DNA of 64,000 nucleotides from Eledone cirrhosa (GCA_964016885.1 OZ024740.1:194432001-194496000); one strand, 5' to 3'. Positions 27,168 to 41,389 are shown, counted from the first letter of the stretch. Notes: generated by a model from the sequence alone, not told the origin. A program made the numbers and translations.

Positions 27168-28877
27168 CAAATAACGAAACGAAATTAAATTTCGTTTCGT
27201 TTGTAACTCACTTTTGTATGACTGACGCTTAAACAATTAAGTTAAAGATGTACATCCATATATGTATACTGAAATACTAGTATGTATATGAATACACACA
27301 CGTATACATATGTAGATGTACCAAGTTTTTTCCCTGGTCACTTTACTGTGAGTGGCCAGCTATTCTGTATGTAAACACACAGACAAACCGGTTTTTAGAG
27401 TCATACTGGTTTTTGAGGAAACACCTTTCCTCTATTCCCCACAAAGCCAGACAAGGAATATTGAACTAGTTTCGTTGTTGTTACAACTCATCAGCAATAT
27501 TTACCTATCTTCCGGCCTCTCTAGAGAATCGTAAAAGCACATATCGTTATATGCTTTTTCTATGAAAATTAGTAGTGGGCAGACTAATTTGCATAGAGTG
27601 TGAGTAAGTACCGGTTCAACGGAGACGATAAAAACAAATAACGAAACGAAATTAAATTTCGTTTCGTTTGTAACTCACTTTTGTATGACTGACGCTTAAA
27701 CAATTAAGTTAAAGATGTACATCCATATATGTATACTGAAATACTAGTATGTATATGAATACACACACGTATACATATGTAGATGTACCAAGTTTTTTCC
27801 CTGGTCACTTTACTGTGAGTGGCCAGCTATTCTGTATGTAAACACACAGACAAACCGGTTTTTAGAGTCATACTGGTTTTTGAGGAAACACCTTTCCTCT
27901 ATTCCCCACAAAGCCAGACAAGGAATATTGAACTAGTTTCGTTGTTGTTACAACTCATCAGCAATATTTACCTATCTTCCGGCCTCTCTAGAGAATCGTA
28001 AAAGCACATATCGTTATATGCTTTTTCTATGAAAATTAGTAGTGGGCAGACTAATTTGCATAGAGTGTGAGTAAGTACCGGTTCAACGGAGACGATAAAA
28101 ACAAATAACGAAACGAAATTAAATTTCGTTTCGTTTGTAACTCACTTTTGTATGACTGACGCTTAAACAATTAAGTTAAAGATGTACATCCATATATGTA
28201 TACTGAAATACTAGTATGTATATGAATACACACACGTATACATATGTAGATGTACCAAGTTTTTTCCCTGGTCACTTTACTGTGAGTGGCCAGCTATTCT
28301 GTATGTAAACACACAGACAAACCGGTTTTTAGAGTCATACTGGTTTTTGAGGAAACACCTTTCCTCTATTCCCCACAAAGCCAGACAAGGAATATTGAAC
28401 TAGTTTCGTTGTTGTTACAACTCATCAGCAATATTTACCTATCTTCCGGCCTCTCTAGAGAATCGTAAAAGCACATATCGTTATATGCTTTTTCTATGAA
28501 AATTAGTAGTGGGCAGACTAATTTGCATAGAGTGTGAGTAAGTACCGGTTCAACGGAGACGATAAAAACAAATAACGAAACGAAATTAAATTTCGTTTCG
28601 TTTGTAACTCACTTTTGTATGACTGACGCTTAAACAATTAAGTTAAAGATGTACATCCATATATGTATACTGAAATACTAGTATGTATATGAATACACAC
28701 ACGTATACATATGTAGATGTACCAAGTTTTTTCCCTGGTCACTTTACTGTGAGTGGCCAGCTATTCTGTATGTAAACACACAGACAAACCGGTTTTTAGA
28801 GTCATACTGGTTTTTGAGGAAACACCTTTCCTCTATTCCCCACAAAGCCAGACAAGGAATATTGAACTAGTTTCGTT
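27161..28877 (-). repeat. Left arm: ~3.7 tandem copies of a 467-bp HHR-containing unit (retrozyme-like)
   Basis: unit starts at 27161, 27628, 28095 and 28562; HHRs on - at 27457-27501, 27924-27968, 28391-28435, and a partial one at 28858-28877. Confidence 0.95.
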
Positions 28878-30107
28878 TCTCTAGAGAGGCCGGAAGATAG
28901 GTAAATATTGCTGATGAGTTGTAACAACAACGAAACTAGTTCAATATTCCTTGTCTGGCTTTGTGGGGAATAGAGGAAAGGTGTTTCCTCAAAAACCAGT
29001 ATGACTCTAAAAAACCGGTTTGTCTGTGTGTTTACATACAGAATAGCTGGCCACTCACAGTAAAGTGACCAGGGAAAAAACTTGGTACATCTACATATGT
29101 ATACGTGTGTGTATTCATATACATACTAGTATTTCAGTATACATATATGGATGTACATCTTTAACTTAATTGTTTAAGCGTCAGTTATACAAAAGTGAGT
29201 TACAAACGAAACGAAATTTAATTTCGTTTCGTTATTTGTTTTTATCGTCTCCGTTGAACCGGTACTTACTCACACTCTATGCAAATTAGTCTGCCCACTA
29301 CTAATTTTCATAGAAAAAGCATATAACGATATGTGCTTTTACGATTCTCTAGAGAGGCCGGAAGATAGGTAAATATTGCTGATGAGTTGTAACAACAACG
29401 AAACTAGTTCAATATTCCTTGTCTGGCTTTGTGGGGAATAGAGGAAAGGTGTTTCATCAAAAACCAGTATGACTCTACAAACCGGTTTGTCTGTGTGTTT
29501 ACATACAGAATAGCTGGCCACTCACAGTAAAGTGACCAGGGAAAAAACTTGGTACATCTACATATGTATATGTGTGTGTATTCATATACATACTAGTATT
29601 TCAGTATACATATATGGATGTACATCTTTAACTTAATTGTTTAAGCGTCAGTCATACAAAAGTGAGTTACAAACGAAACGAAATTTAATTTCGTTTCGTT
29701 ATTTGTTTTTATCGTCTCCGTTGAACCGGTACTTACTCACACTCTATGCAAATTAGTCTGCCCACTACTAATTTTCATAGAAAAAGCATATAACGATATG
29801 TGCTTTTACGATTCTCTAGAGAGGCCGGAAGATAGGTAAATATTGCTGATGAGTTGTAACAACAACGAAACTAGTTCAATATTCCTTGTCTGGCTTTGTG
29901 GGGAATAGAGGAAAGGTGTTTCCTCAAAAACCAGTATGACTCTAAAAACCGGTTTGTCTGTGTGTTTACATTCAGAATAGCTGGCCACTCACAGTAAAGT
30001 GACCAGGGAAAAAACTTGGTACATCTACATATGTATACGTGTGTGTATTCATATACATACTAGTATTTCAGTATACATATATGGATGTACATCTTTAACT
30101 TAATTGT
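28877..30107 (+). repeat. Right arm: ~2.6 copies of the same unit in inverted orientation
   Basis: reverse complement of the left arm with a few substitutions; HHRs at 28904, 29372 and 29839. Confidence 0.95.
28904..28948 (+). ncRNA. Hammerhead ribozyme of the 467-bp unit (also 29372-29416 and 29839-29883)
   Basis: aatattg / CTGATGA / gttg-taacaa-caac / GAAA-CTAG-TT / caatatt; 7-bp stem I and palindromic stem III AACTAGTT. Confidence 0.92.
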
Positions 30108-30370
30108 ATATATATATATATATGAGTTTATATGGGTCTTTTTTTACATTCATTTAATTTATTAATTTATTGATATTTTATTTGAGTGACCCGAATCTTC
30201 CTGGTCGTTCTTTTTCGGCTGCACGGATGATTTTAGGCATGATCTCTATGTGTTGGTATTTTAACGATAGTTATAGCTCTGATTTTTCTAAATTATTGAG
30301 CCCTCTGCCACACATGTCGGATGTTGTTTATCGTGATTTCGTGGGCTGATATTCCGATTCTCGATTATTC

Positions 30371-30373
<3 letters not shown>

Positions 30374-30441
<68 letters not shown>

Positions 30442-30450
30442 CACACATAC

Positions 30451-30481
<31 letters not shown>

Positions 30482-30659
30482 TGTACATATACATACACAC
30501 ACATACACACATACATACACACATATATATACATATATACATATATATAAACATATACACACATACACATATACACACATATATACACATATATATACAC
30601 ATATATACATATACACACACATATATACACATATATATACATATATATATATAAAATAT

Positions 30660-30710
<51 letters not shown>

Positions 30711-30745
30711 AAATATATGTGTATATGTATGTATGTATATGTATG

Positions 30746-30799
<54 letters not shown>

Positions 30800-31107
30800 C
30801 ATACATATACATACATACATATACACATATATTTACACACACACATACACATACGTACATACACATACGTACACATATACACATATACTTACATATATGC
30901 ACATATATATACATATATACATATATACACATATATACACATATACATGGCAGCGATAATGAGGGACAGAGACCGCTGGAGAGAACTCGTCCATGGATCT
31001 CGGGAATTTTACCCGCCTTAGATAGATATAGATACATATATATACATATATATATATATATTCATATACATACACATACATACACATACATACACATACA
31101 TATACAC

Positions 31108-31192
<85 letters not shown>

Positions 31193-31243
31193 TATATACA
31201 TATACATATATATACACATATACACATATGCATACACATATAC

Positions 31244-31321
<78 letters not shown>

Positions 31322-31430
31322 GCACATACATACACACATATATATATAAATATATACATATATACACCTATACATTTATATATATATATATATATTATAT
31401 ATATATATATATTATATATATACACATATA
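30374..31430. repeat. Compound TA/CA microsatellite
   Basis: direct reading. Confidence 0.97.
30946..31021 (+). mobile_element. 76-bp extreme 3' end of the 5567 RTE family inside a microsatellite
   Basis: encodes [24 protein letters not shown], identical to the C-terminus of ORF 5569-6897. Confidence 0.95.
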
Positions 31431-31725
31431 TACACAAAACCATATATACAAATAAATATAAATATTCACACAAAGAGGACAAGTGAACGCACCTACATAC
31501 AACGATATGCATACAAACGAACGGCCACTCATACAAATACATACAAATAAGTACACATAAATATACGCATATACACAGGCACATAAAAACAGCTCTACAA
31601 GCAGAAAATGCAGATAGGTAAGAGGTACTCACATAACCAAAGTGGCCGTATTTCAGGTTGAGGAGGGGTGGAGGTGGGGTGGGAATTAGTTAGAGGGGCT
31701 AAAAGAGGGAAGCCGTTTTTAGCCA

Positions 31726-32277
31726 TCAGGAATTAACACTGACATATTTGAAAGCTGCAAAATTTTTGTGCATGCAGTTCGGGCAGTGTTCAGACAGTTT
31801 ATTCAGTAGCGGGACCCCTTGGCGAATAAAATTTCGTAGTTCTCTGAGATACAAAGGTCGCAGCCTTTTTTGTCCTCCGTCGTAAGAGCGCGCTTTCTGG
31901 AGTATTTTCCATTTAAGCGTGAAGGGGGTGGAGTTCCTTTTGAGGTCCCAAATATAGGAGGCGAGTATTGTCTGGTTTGATTTGTCCGGTCTTCTGAAGC
32001 AGTGGGTATGGGCATACCAACGGGTCTTAAAGTTATTGGAAGTCATGCCGGTGTAAGTATTTTTGTTGTTGCAATTATCGGTGCCTGAGTGACATCACAT
32101 TCGTATACGATATTATTAGTCAGGCATTTGTTTTCAAGTGGGCAGGCTTCCTTATTTAGGCAATTACACAAGGCCCCAGTCCGGGGAATGGGTTCGGAGG
32201 AGATTGGCTTATTTAATTTTTAAGAATTCTGATTGGCTATATTCCTAGCTAGGTTAGGTGTGGTCGAGTTGGAGAGT

Positions 32278-32279
<2 letters not shown>
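31726..32279 (-). mobile_element. PLE GIY-YIG 3' fragment (degenerate)
   Basis: CNCLNKEACPLENKCLTNNIVYEC...YTGMTSNNFKTRW...LKWKIL...CDLC..E. Confidence 0.85.
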
Positions 32280-32349
<70 letters not shown>

Positions 32350-32377
32350 TATATATATATATGTATATATATATATA

Positions 32378-32411
<34 letters not shown>

Positions 32412-33553
32412 TGTGTGTGTGTGTGTGTGTGTGTACTCCTGTGGGGTTTGTACGTGACGGTACGTGAGTGCGAATGAAATATACGAAACATTCCTGGCTC
32501 AAATCTTAAAACGTGCATTTTAAAACCCAATTTGGATGTAACATAACAATAAGGACATTGAAAATGATTTTGCTATTGCAATGGTTATCAGGATTGAAAC
32601 ATTACACGTTACTGTAATGTGCATAGAAACAGAGGAGCAAATACCACTTTTACGAATTTGTTTTTGGATAATACTTAGCTTAGGGATATATCAATTGTAT
32701 ATCTGTATAAGTCTTTCATTTTCAATGGACCATTTTCATTCAAATTCCATTGAACTTCCATGGTTTGATTTGGTCAGGGGCGATGTTCATTACGAATTCT
32801 TGGAAACTTTCAAATTTACAAAACATCGTATAAACATATTTTACTTAGTCATGGTATTTGGGTGATTTCGTATTTGTTTGTAATACTTTGTCCAAAAGAA
32901 ACAACAAAAATAAATCCATTTCAATCATAATACTATTCCTCTTTTTTCTTGATTGCATACCAGAAGCTAATGCAGTTTAATCTTTTTCCATCATAGTTGC
33001 ATATTCTTCTTATAATTGTTCGCGCTGTTTCATCATTATTCCCAAGCCTCTCTATTTTCTTCATTGTTGTTCTCACTTTCTTGTCTTTTCATATTTCCCA
33101 ATTTATCATCTAAAGGTAAAATGTACTCGTCTGTCTATCTCTTATCTAGAGTTATTGAGGTTAGATTACGTTTTGTAGCTTGGTGTTTATTACAATGTTA
33201 ATGGAGGTTAGATACGTCAAATTATTTAAAGATAGTTTCATGAAGGGAAACAAAAGGTATGATACAATTCAAATGACAGCCTTATAACAGCTGCTGCCAA
33301 ATATATTGCTTCTTGTTTAAGATACGTGATATTTGTTAAGTTACTCTTTGCAACGTATGCATACTCTCTATATAGGATTTTGTTTCAATTTATAAACTGT
33401 GGTATTCGGAACCCCATTATACTATACCTACCTACCTGCCTACCTACCTACCTACATACATACATGAGTATGTTATCGAGTATGGCCATTGCACGAGGAG
33501 GAAAAAAAAATAATAATAAATAAATAAAAAATAAAATAAAAATAAAAAAAAAG

Positions 33554-33599
<46 letters not shown>

Positions 33600-33732
33600 A
33601 CACATATATACATATATATATACATATATATATATATACACATACATATACATACAGACATACATACACATATACACACACACACATATACACACACACA
33701 TACGTTAATAACAATAATAATAATAATGATGA

Positions 33733-33770
33733 TTTCATTTATTAGCCACCAGGGCCGACATGTAGGGGAC
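33733..33770 (-). mobile_element. 38-bp Tx1-like 3' terminus in (AAT)n
   Basis: 'tttcatttattagccaccagggccgacatgtaggggac' matches 57686-57725. Confidence 0.7.
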
Positions 33771-33873
33771 AATAATAATAATAATAATAACAACAATAAT
33801 AATAACGACAACAACAATAATAATATACATATACATATATATATACACATACACGCACACACATAAGCATATC

Positions 33874-33904
<31 letters not shown>

Positions 33905-34441
33905 GATAGCAACTAAGCAACTAACAGCGCTGCGATCGAATGTGGCTTTTTAGCCCGGCCAATGATCTAAAATGTCTTGCACAGAGTCGGCAACCAAAAC
34001 ATTCACTGGGAATAGTCGGCTGTGGTTGGAGTTCGTGTACTTTTGCATGTCGCGTGAGCCCTCCTGCTGATTTACATTCTCTACCACATGTTTGGCAAGC
34101 ATGATGAGTAGCATCTCCAACAGCAGCCTGGTACTCAACCACTGGTCTTACGTTATGACTGCGAAGATGACTTTCGAGTCCAGCTTTGCTTAGGCAGAGT
34201 CTTGCACAGACGCTGCATGTCAGCACCATAGGAGGATCCTCGCCGTCTGGAAGTGCAACAGCAATGCTCTTCCTCACATCCCGCTTTACTTTCTCGTATG
34301 CGATTCGAGATGCCTCAAAGGCAACTTTTCCCTCATATACAGTCTTTCTCCATTTATTACGATCAGCAGCAATATTTTCCCATGTATCAGCAGAGATGTT
34401 AGCGTCTTTCAGAGCGGCTTTCAAGGAATCCTTATACCTCT
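33905..34441 (-). mobile_element. RTE (BovB-like) LINE 3' fragment with three C-terminal C2H2 zinc fingers
   Basis: RYKDSLKAALK...WENIAADRNKWR; CSVC..HLRSH, CQTC..HAKVH, CRLC..HIRSQ; ends at (CA)n. Confidence 0.85.
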
Positions 34442-34678
34442 ACATACATACATACATACATACATACATACATACATACATACATACATACATACATACA
34501 TACATACCGACCGACCTACCTACCTAGCTGCCTGACTACCTAGCTACCTGCCTACTTACCAATTGTTTTAAGGGTGAAAGCAGTAATTATTTGCTTAAAG
34601 GTTTAATCTGTGCTAATAATAGATATTTGTTCTACGGGTTTATATAAACTCTTATTGGATATTGGTCGTAACATTTGT

Positions 34679-34722
<44 letters not shown>

Positions 34723-36514
34723 TAATTATCCTTCCTACCACAGCTCTGCCATCCTATCATTCTACCTACCTCCATTGTATCTCCCTAGCCTATCACCCAA
34801 CCTATTCCCTATCTTATCTTCAATTGGGTAAAGCGGGATTTTCAGTTAAGTGATTGACGACCGCCCCACCTAATGCTATTTAAGCGTTAAAACGCACTCA
34901 GTACACCCCTTAAGGTGTTAGGAAGGGTATCAAGCCTTTGCTTCGAGCTAAAAGTGGTTTGAGAGGACTCTATATTTGTTTCAATGGAACAGCATCCTCT
35001 CATGTAAGACATATTTAGCTGGGCGAAGGGAGTACGGTAGATATCTAGGGTGAGTGACAATAAGAGTTGGGAAAGAAGATAATGGGTGTGGTATCATTAA
35101 TCTATGAACATTGCGATGGGATTTTAAATGTTTCTGTGGAGGAGAGAACGGGAGAGAAAGTATATCATGTAAGTATGAATATATTGGTGAGATTTAACAG
35201 CGTGATGAAGAGGTGTTTGGTGTCTTGTGATACGATTGGAGCGTACCATGATGACGAGAACAGATTTTAAGAAATCCTGTGGTGGGATCTAACTCGGCGA
35301 TGTAAGATTTAAAGGAGGTGAAGATGATCCTTAATAGAATGGGGATGAGTGCCGGGGAGAATGGTTACAGGAGAGGAGGGGGAGGGGCATAAACGCGTCA
35401 GATTACATTCATATTTCACTGCCTTTCACTGCTCTATCAACATCGACCCGAGTCTAAAATAACAACTTATGCCATACACCATAACCAATCTATTTCCTAA
35501 TTAATGAAAAACCTTTAACCCCAACAGTAATTACCAATAATAGATAAATATAATAAATAGCATTGGCAAAATAATCTCATATGGTTAATGAAGTGGATGC
35601 TGTCTTGGATATCGGTAAGCACCATAATTGAAAGCAGTAGCCCAGATTTCCTATCATTTGTAGAAAGTATCTGTTTGGATTTAATGTAATTTTGTTTCTA
35701 CCGAAGATGCTCGGTATTTTTAATATATTAATACATTTTAATTCATAATCATACCCTTTATAATATTTTCTGCCTTTTGTTTTCTAGAAAAGGCTCAAAT
35801 TTATTAGAATCCAATTACTTATTATATTTTAACTTTTCAAAATATCGCTTATTTTTTAGTCAATACTTCAAAAATTATTTACTCTAATCATTTTGTTTTT
35901 CGAACTGCCACTTATACAGATTTCGTGTACATAAATGTTTTGAACTCACCTTTAACTTAATGAACAGCCGTAATTTACAACATAGTTCAGAATTGGAGAT
36001 TGTCCATACTAAACCAATGTCTCAATTTCATGCTCTTAGAATAACAATCTGGCTAATTTTACAGAATGAATAACATCATTATCAGGTAGCTACATTTCTA
36101 AACTAGATTACCCAAGCTGTTGTATAAAACCAGGACGCTTTTGTGAAATTTGCTTAATCATACTATCACGCTATGTAAAAATGTTATTGTAAAATGTAAG
36201 TTGAGTATCATCATAAGCTGGCTTTACTTCTCGCCCGTAGGAAATAGTTCCTGAAGGATTCATTTCATTATCTTAGTTATCGTGTTTCGTATAAGAGAAC
36301 AATTTTGAAGAAATTAGTAGAATGCTTCTACAAGAAAACTGGAAAAAGGAGGCTAGCTCAACAAGAACATTTAACACAATGAACCTGCAGTTCTAAAAAC
36401 AGTATAACAGTAAAATTGCTGGACCTGACACCACAGTCACATCCAACATTTGCTGCAGTGACAATAGTTGTTAAAAGCGATAAAGGTACGTAATGTATTT
36501 ATTAATAAGTTAGC

Positions 36515-36670
36515 GATAGATTGTCAGTATCGGTAGAGCGTCGAACAACATGCTTTGCAACATAGTTTTACGTCCCTTTACGTTGTGAGTTCATGTAAGA
36601 GGTTAGATTTGCCTTTCATCTTTTAAGGATTCGATAAAATAAAATACCAGTAAAGCACTGGGGTCGACAG
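36515..36670 (+). mobile_element. SINE family B, degenerate
   Basis: 'tttgcctttcatc...cgataaaataaaataccagt'. Confidence 0.7.
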
Positions 36671-37317
36671 CACTTTGGTTGGTGAAAGAGAATAGAGTTG
36701 TTTGGACAGTTAATAATTTTCACAATTTCTCATACGATTGTTGCCAGTATCAATGTGTACGATTTTCAATGAAATATGTAAAATTGTCAACAGTGAACTG
36801 ACAATGCATCTCCAAGGGTGAAACGTCATAAACAATACAATTTTCAAAAACACTTAAGAACATTTTTGATTAAAAAAAAACATTAGAATATAACATTAAT
36901 GCAGGAATCTTATGAGTGCCATTTTTCAAATTCAAATCCTACTCTTAACAGACATGTAATGAACTGAACACGACATTCGAAGCTTTACGAGAATAATAAC
37001 GTCAACTCTGATCTTTGCCATCTATTAATCACGCGAGATATTACGTCAGGTTGCAGAAGATGTACCCAATTTCTCATATGAATTCCTAATACGAAACCAC
37101 ATAAAATCGTACGATGAATGTTAAAACAAAGTTTCTCTGAAAAAACAGTCGAAACTAAATATTATCCAACATAAATGTTACAATAAGGAATATAATATCA
37201 GTACACCCGAAACGTTTTAGAAGAATGTATTCACAAACGAGTAGTTTTAACTCTATTTTTCAACATTATATAAAGAGAGAGAAACCAAAACGTATGTACG
37301 TTGGTAGATAGATATAT

Positions 37318-37945
37318 TTCTTTATTTGCCACAAGGGCGCACAAGAAAAGGGGACAATACAAAGACACATGCCGGGGATTTTACATACAGTCGTGTAAAA
37401 ATATTGAAACAAACAATTATAACAATCGAAATCCCCAATAGAGGGGAGGCGCCACAAATGGTTTGTTTAATATCCCGTCGATAGAACAACCCTCAACTTC
37501 AGGAGCCTGTTGTGCAAGTGCTCCCTTCTTCCTTTTGCTCTTTTCTTCAACCTACAGGCTTATAAACAGAGAAGGCCCAATCTCTCGGGCCATCTTCGCT
37601 TCATTCACCCACCTTTCAGTAAATTTACTGGGGTGCAGTGCCTCTCTCTCCACTCTGATTCTCCCTCTAAAGTGATACTTAAAGAAGGGAATAATCAATT
37701 GTTGTCCGGAGAGAAACGCATCTGTCCTCATCCCTCTCAATCTCGTCCACCATATAACCCCTTTCACCATAACCAATGTACAGAGGAATACCAGATAACT
37801 AGATATAGATATAGATATCTACAGGTTGATATAGAGAGAAGGCCCATTCACTCGGCCCATTCTCGCCACTTTCACCCACCTTTCATAAAACTTGCTGGGG
37901 TACAGCACCTCTCTCCCCATCCTGATTCTTCTTCCAAAGTGGATT
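37318..37945 (-). mobile_element. Two Tx1-like 3' fragments (37318-37790 and 37820-37945) separated by GATA repeats
   Basis: homologous to 38025-38480; encode ..EREALHPSKFTERWV.. Confidence 0.85.
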
Positions 37946-38255
37946 GATAGATAGATAAATAATATATATATATATATAGATAGGTAGGTAGATAGATAGA
38001 TAGAGAGAGAGATATATAGATACATTTCATTATTAGCCACAAGGGCACAAAAGAATGGGACAAATACAAATGGGGAGTTTAAATACAGGTATATGAAAAT
38101 AAAACTATTAATAAACTAACAAATAACAATTGAAATCCCCAATAGGGAGGTGGCGTTACACAGGGGTTGTAAACACCCCGAAAAAATTCACAACCCTCAT
38201 CTCCAGGAGCACCAAGAGTGAGTACTCCCTTCCTCTCTTCCTCTTTTTCCCCAAC

Positions 38256-41200
38256 CTAGAGGCTGATATAGAGAGAAAGCCCCACCACTCGGGCCATCTT
38301 TGCCACATTCACCCACCTTTTATAAAATTTGCTGGGGTACAGCACCTCTCTCTCCATCCTGATTCTTCTTCCAAAATGATATTTGAAAAAACGAATCAGT
38401 TGTACGCCAGAGAGAAAGTTGTCCAACCTCAGCCCTTTTAACCTCGTCCACCATATAACCTCTTTCACCATAGCCATAACACATAGGAAAACCGCCTCTC
38501 CTTCGTTTTTGAAGGAGGGTGGCGGTTTGATCATGACAATGGACTCGGTAGTCAACTGGATTGGTCTCACCAGGTGGGTAACGCCCAGGCAGTGTACAAA
38601 GGCGTGCGCGACAGTTTACTCGTCGCGCACGCATCTCTGACAGATCTTTTTCGAAGGGTGCCTCCCTGGGTGCCCGTGTCTGTAGAGCTTGTCTCGAACT
38701 GGTAGAGCTCCTCGGTAGCACTGCCAGGCCATTGGTCCTGGGCGGAAGGTCCTACCGAAGGTCCTACAGCGGTTGTCTGGTGAGGAATACGTGGAGGTGC
38801 CGCAGCCTGAGCGCGTGTTTGTGCATCGTCAGCCACGGCATCCCCAGCCTCCGTTTGAAGGGTTTTGGCAGCAGATGGATCTTCTCACCAAAGGAGCCCG
38901 TTTCTTCCAAAGTAATTGGAAGAGCGCGCGCTCAATTCTGGTGAGCTTTTTGGCTGGACAAAGCACGACGGTCAAGCGTTAGTAGATGACGGACGCTATA
39001 AAAGTGTTCGCCCCACCTCCGCTCGACCTTTCAATGATAGTTTGCACTCGGCCCACTTCTGGGTGAGCGCGAACACCTTGGCTGTAACCTCGTTTCAGTT
39101 CTTCTCCACCTGGAGGTCCGGACCAAACCAGACCCCGAGCAGCTTTACCGGTCCTTCCGTCCAGCGTCCGACGACGCCATCAGAAGGCATCGGTTTGACT
39201 CTCCACTTTCCGAGTTGCAAACCGACGGATTTACCCCGGTTCAGCTTCGCTCCTGTGACCTTTCGTATTCCTCCAGTAAGGTGCCGCTCTCCCCGATTTG
39301 CGAGGTGCTCGACACCATTACTGTCATATCGTCGGCGTAGGCCGACGCCGCTTTTTGCAGTTCCGGTTCCAAAGGGATGCCCTGCAATAGCTCCAACTTC
39401 CGCAGTAATAGCTCGAGTTTCAGTACGTACAGAAAGGAGGAGAGAGGCATCCCTGTCGGATGGATCGCGTGATATGGAACGGCTCCGAGAGATAGCCGTT
39501 CAACTTGACCCTTGAGCAGATGTTGCTGCTGTGCATTGCAGCAATCCATCCCCTGAACACGGGTCCGGAGCCTGCCGCCTCGAGCACCGCATCCAGGTAA
39601 CGATGGTCAACCCTATCGAAAGCCTTAGACTGATCCAAGTTGATCAGGGCCCCACCGAAGCCGGGTTTACACCCTACTCTCTCTATGATGTATCGCATGA
39701 GGTGGACGTTGTCGTGTATGGACCTGGTCGGGATTGCACATGTCTGCGCTTCTCCCACCAGGTTTTCGACGACAAGCGCCAGCCTATTTGCCAACACCTT
39801 GGCCAAAATCTGTAACTCTATGTTTAGCAGAATTATGGGCCGGAAGTTGCCTATCTCATCCCCATTATTCTCGTCCTTTCTGACTAACGTGACTACGCCC
39901 TTGATCACAGAACTGGGAATTATCCCGTTCTGCTGCCAGTTGCAGTAGACCGCTTCCAGGAGACCGGAGAACATTGCTACGGCATTGCTACGTAAAATTC
40001 GTAGGGTAGAGCGTCGAGACCTGGAGATTTGTGTTTGCCGCATTGGCTCAGCGCGTCCCCTATCTCAGCGGCCGAGAACGGCCTTTCGCAGAACTTCGCC
40101 TCGCCGCCCAAGAGTCGCGGCAGGCCGTCGAGGTATGGACTGAAATCCATAGCCCTTCCCGGCGCGCCGCCCTGCCCGAACAGTTGAGCAAAGTGCCGCT
40201 GAAAGGCTGCGCACATCTGCATTGGCTCACGTATCACGCGTTCATCTTGGTCCATCAAAGACCGAATCGTGGACTTGTTGCAACTTTTCGCCTCTGTCAC
40301 TCGGGCCCAGCTAACAACTTTGGCTGCCTCGTTTCCCAGAGCACGTATTTTGCTCCTGACAACGCAGCCTTCGGGCTTTGCGTCGAAGAACTGGTCCAAG
40401 GCCGTTCTCGTTGTTAGCACGCTGGCTACGTTGCCACTCCTAAGTGCCTCTTCTACTTTATCTACCGGTTCCTTTTCGGTCTTATATCTATCTAACACTA
40501 ATTCTTTACCAAAACCTATCGAGTCTAATCTAACTGCCCTCTTGAGTGTACCAGCATCTGTTGTTGACAATGGCCCCGTCAAGTGCTGCTTAACTAAAGT
40601 GCTAATCCGTCTACTGTAGGCTTTGCATGTCGGTAACAAGTTCAGCTTCCAGTAGCCGGATCCCTGTCTATGGGTTCTGTCAAGGTTGACTAAGCAGGTC
40701 ACTAGTTTGTGATCTGAATAGGCAACCATGAACATTTGTGGACAGATTAACATGTCCCTATCGCTAACTCTAACTAGAAACCTATCTAGGTACGATCTAG
40801 ATGTTCCGCTGTGGTTGGTCCACGTCCACAGTGGCGCAGATGGAAAATCTAGTCGATATCTATCGGCCAGTTGAAATCGGCCAATTAACTGTTTGAGGCT
40901 GTTACACCCCCCTCTATCGGGACATGCTCGCACATAGTCCCAACGGGCATCTAGGATTCCATTCCAGTCCCCCACTAACAGCAGGGAGCGGGAAGTTCCC
41001 AGAAAAGACTCTCGACGTTTGAAGAAGTCTGGCCGCGATGTCCCGGATGGGGCATAAGCGGCCACCAGCCTGAAGCCTCCACCTTCACTACCGTCAACGT
41101 CTAGGACCACCAGTCGACCCTCCGGGTCCAGATGTACTGTCTGTGTTACGAGGTCCAGGTGTTTCCGCAGCAAAACGGCAACCCTACCCCCACCTCCCGG

Positions 41201-41389
41201 CTGACAGAGAGAGGCGTAGATCTCAAAGTCATCGAAGATGGGGGCCAGTTGTCGCTCGCTGTGAATCCTGGACTCGTAAATGGCTACTACATCCATACTG
41301 TGCGATCTGAAGTCGTTTAACAGTTTGCCCTGTATCCAGGGCGTCCCCAGGCCGCGTACATTCACACATCCAACTCTTATATTGGCCAT
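38256..41389 (-). pseudogene. Tx1-like ORF2 (APE endonuclease plus RT), frameshifted
   Basis: NVRGL, GDWN, SYLDRFLV, SDHK, GYWKLN, KSPGLDALPYEFY, FRPIILLN, DQSKAFDRVDH, IRQGC, AYADD. Confidence 0.93.

Noticed and set aside
27352-29988. Repeated 60-aa ORF MASYSVCKH...
   Set aside because: GTG start, antisense to the HHR strand, no recognisable motif; it recurs only because the unit is repeated.
27161-30107. CRISPR-like array
   Set aside because: Units are identical throughout with no spacers; the context is eukaryotic with no cas genes.
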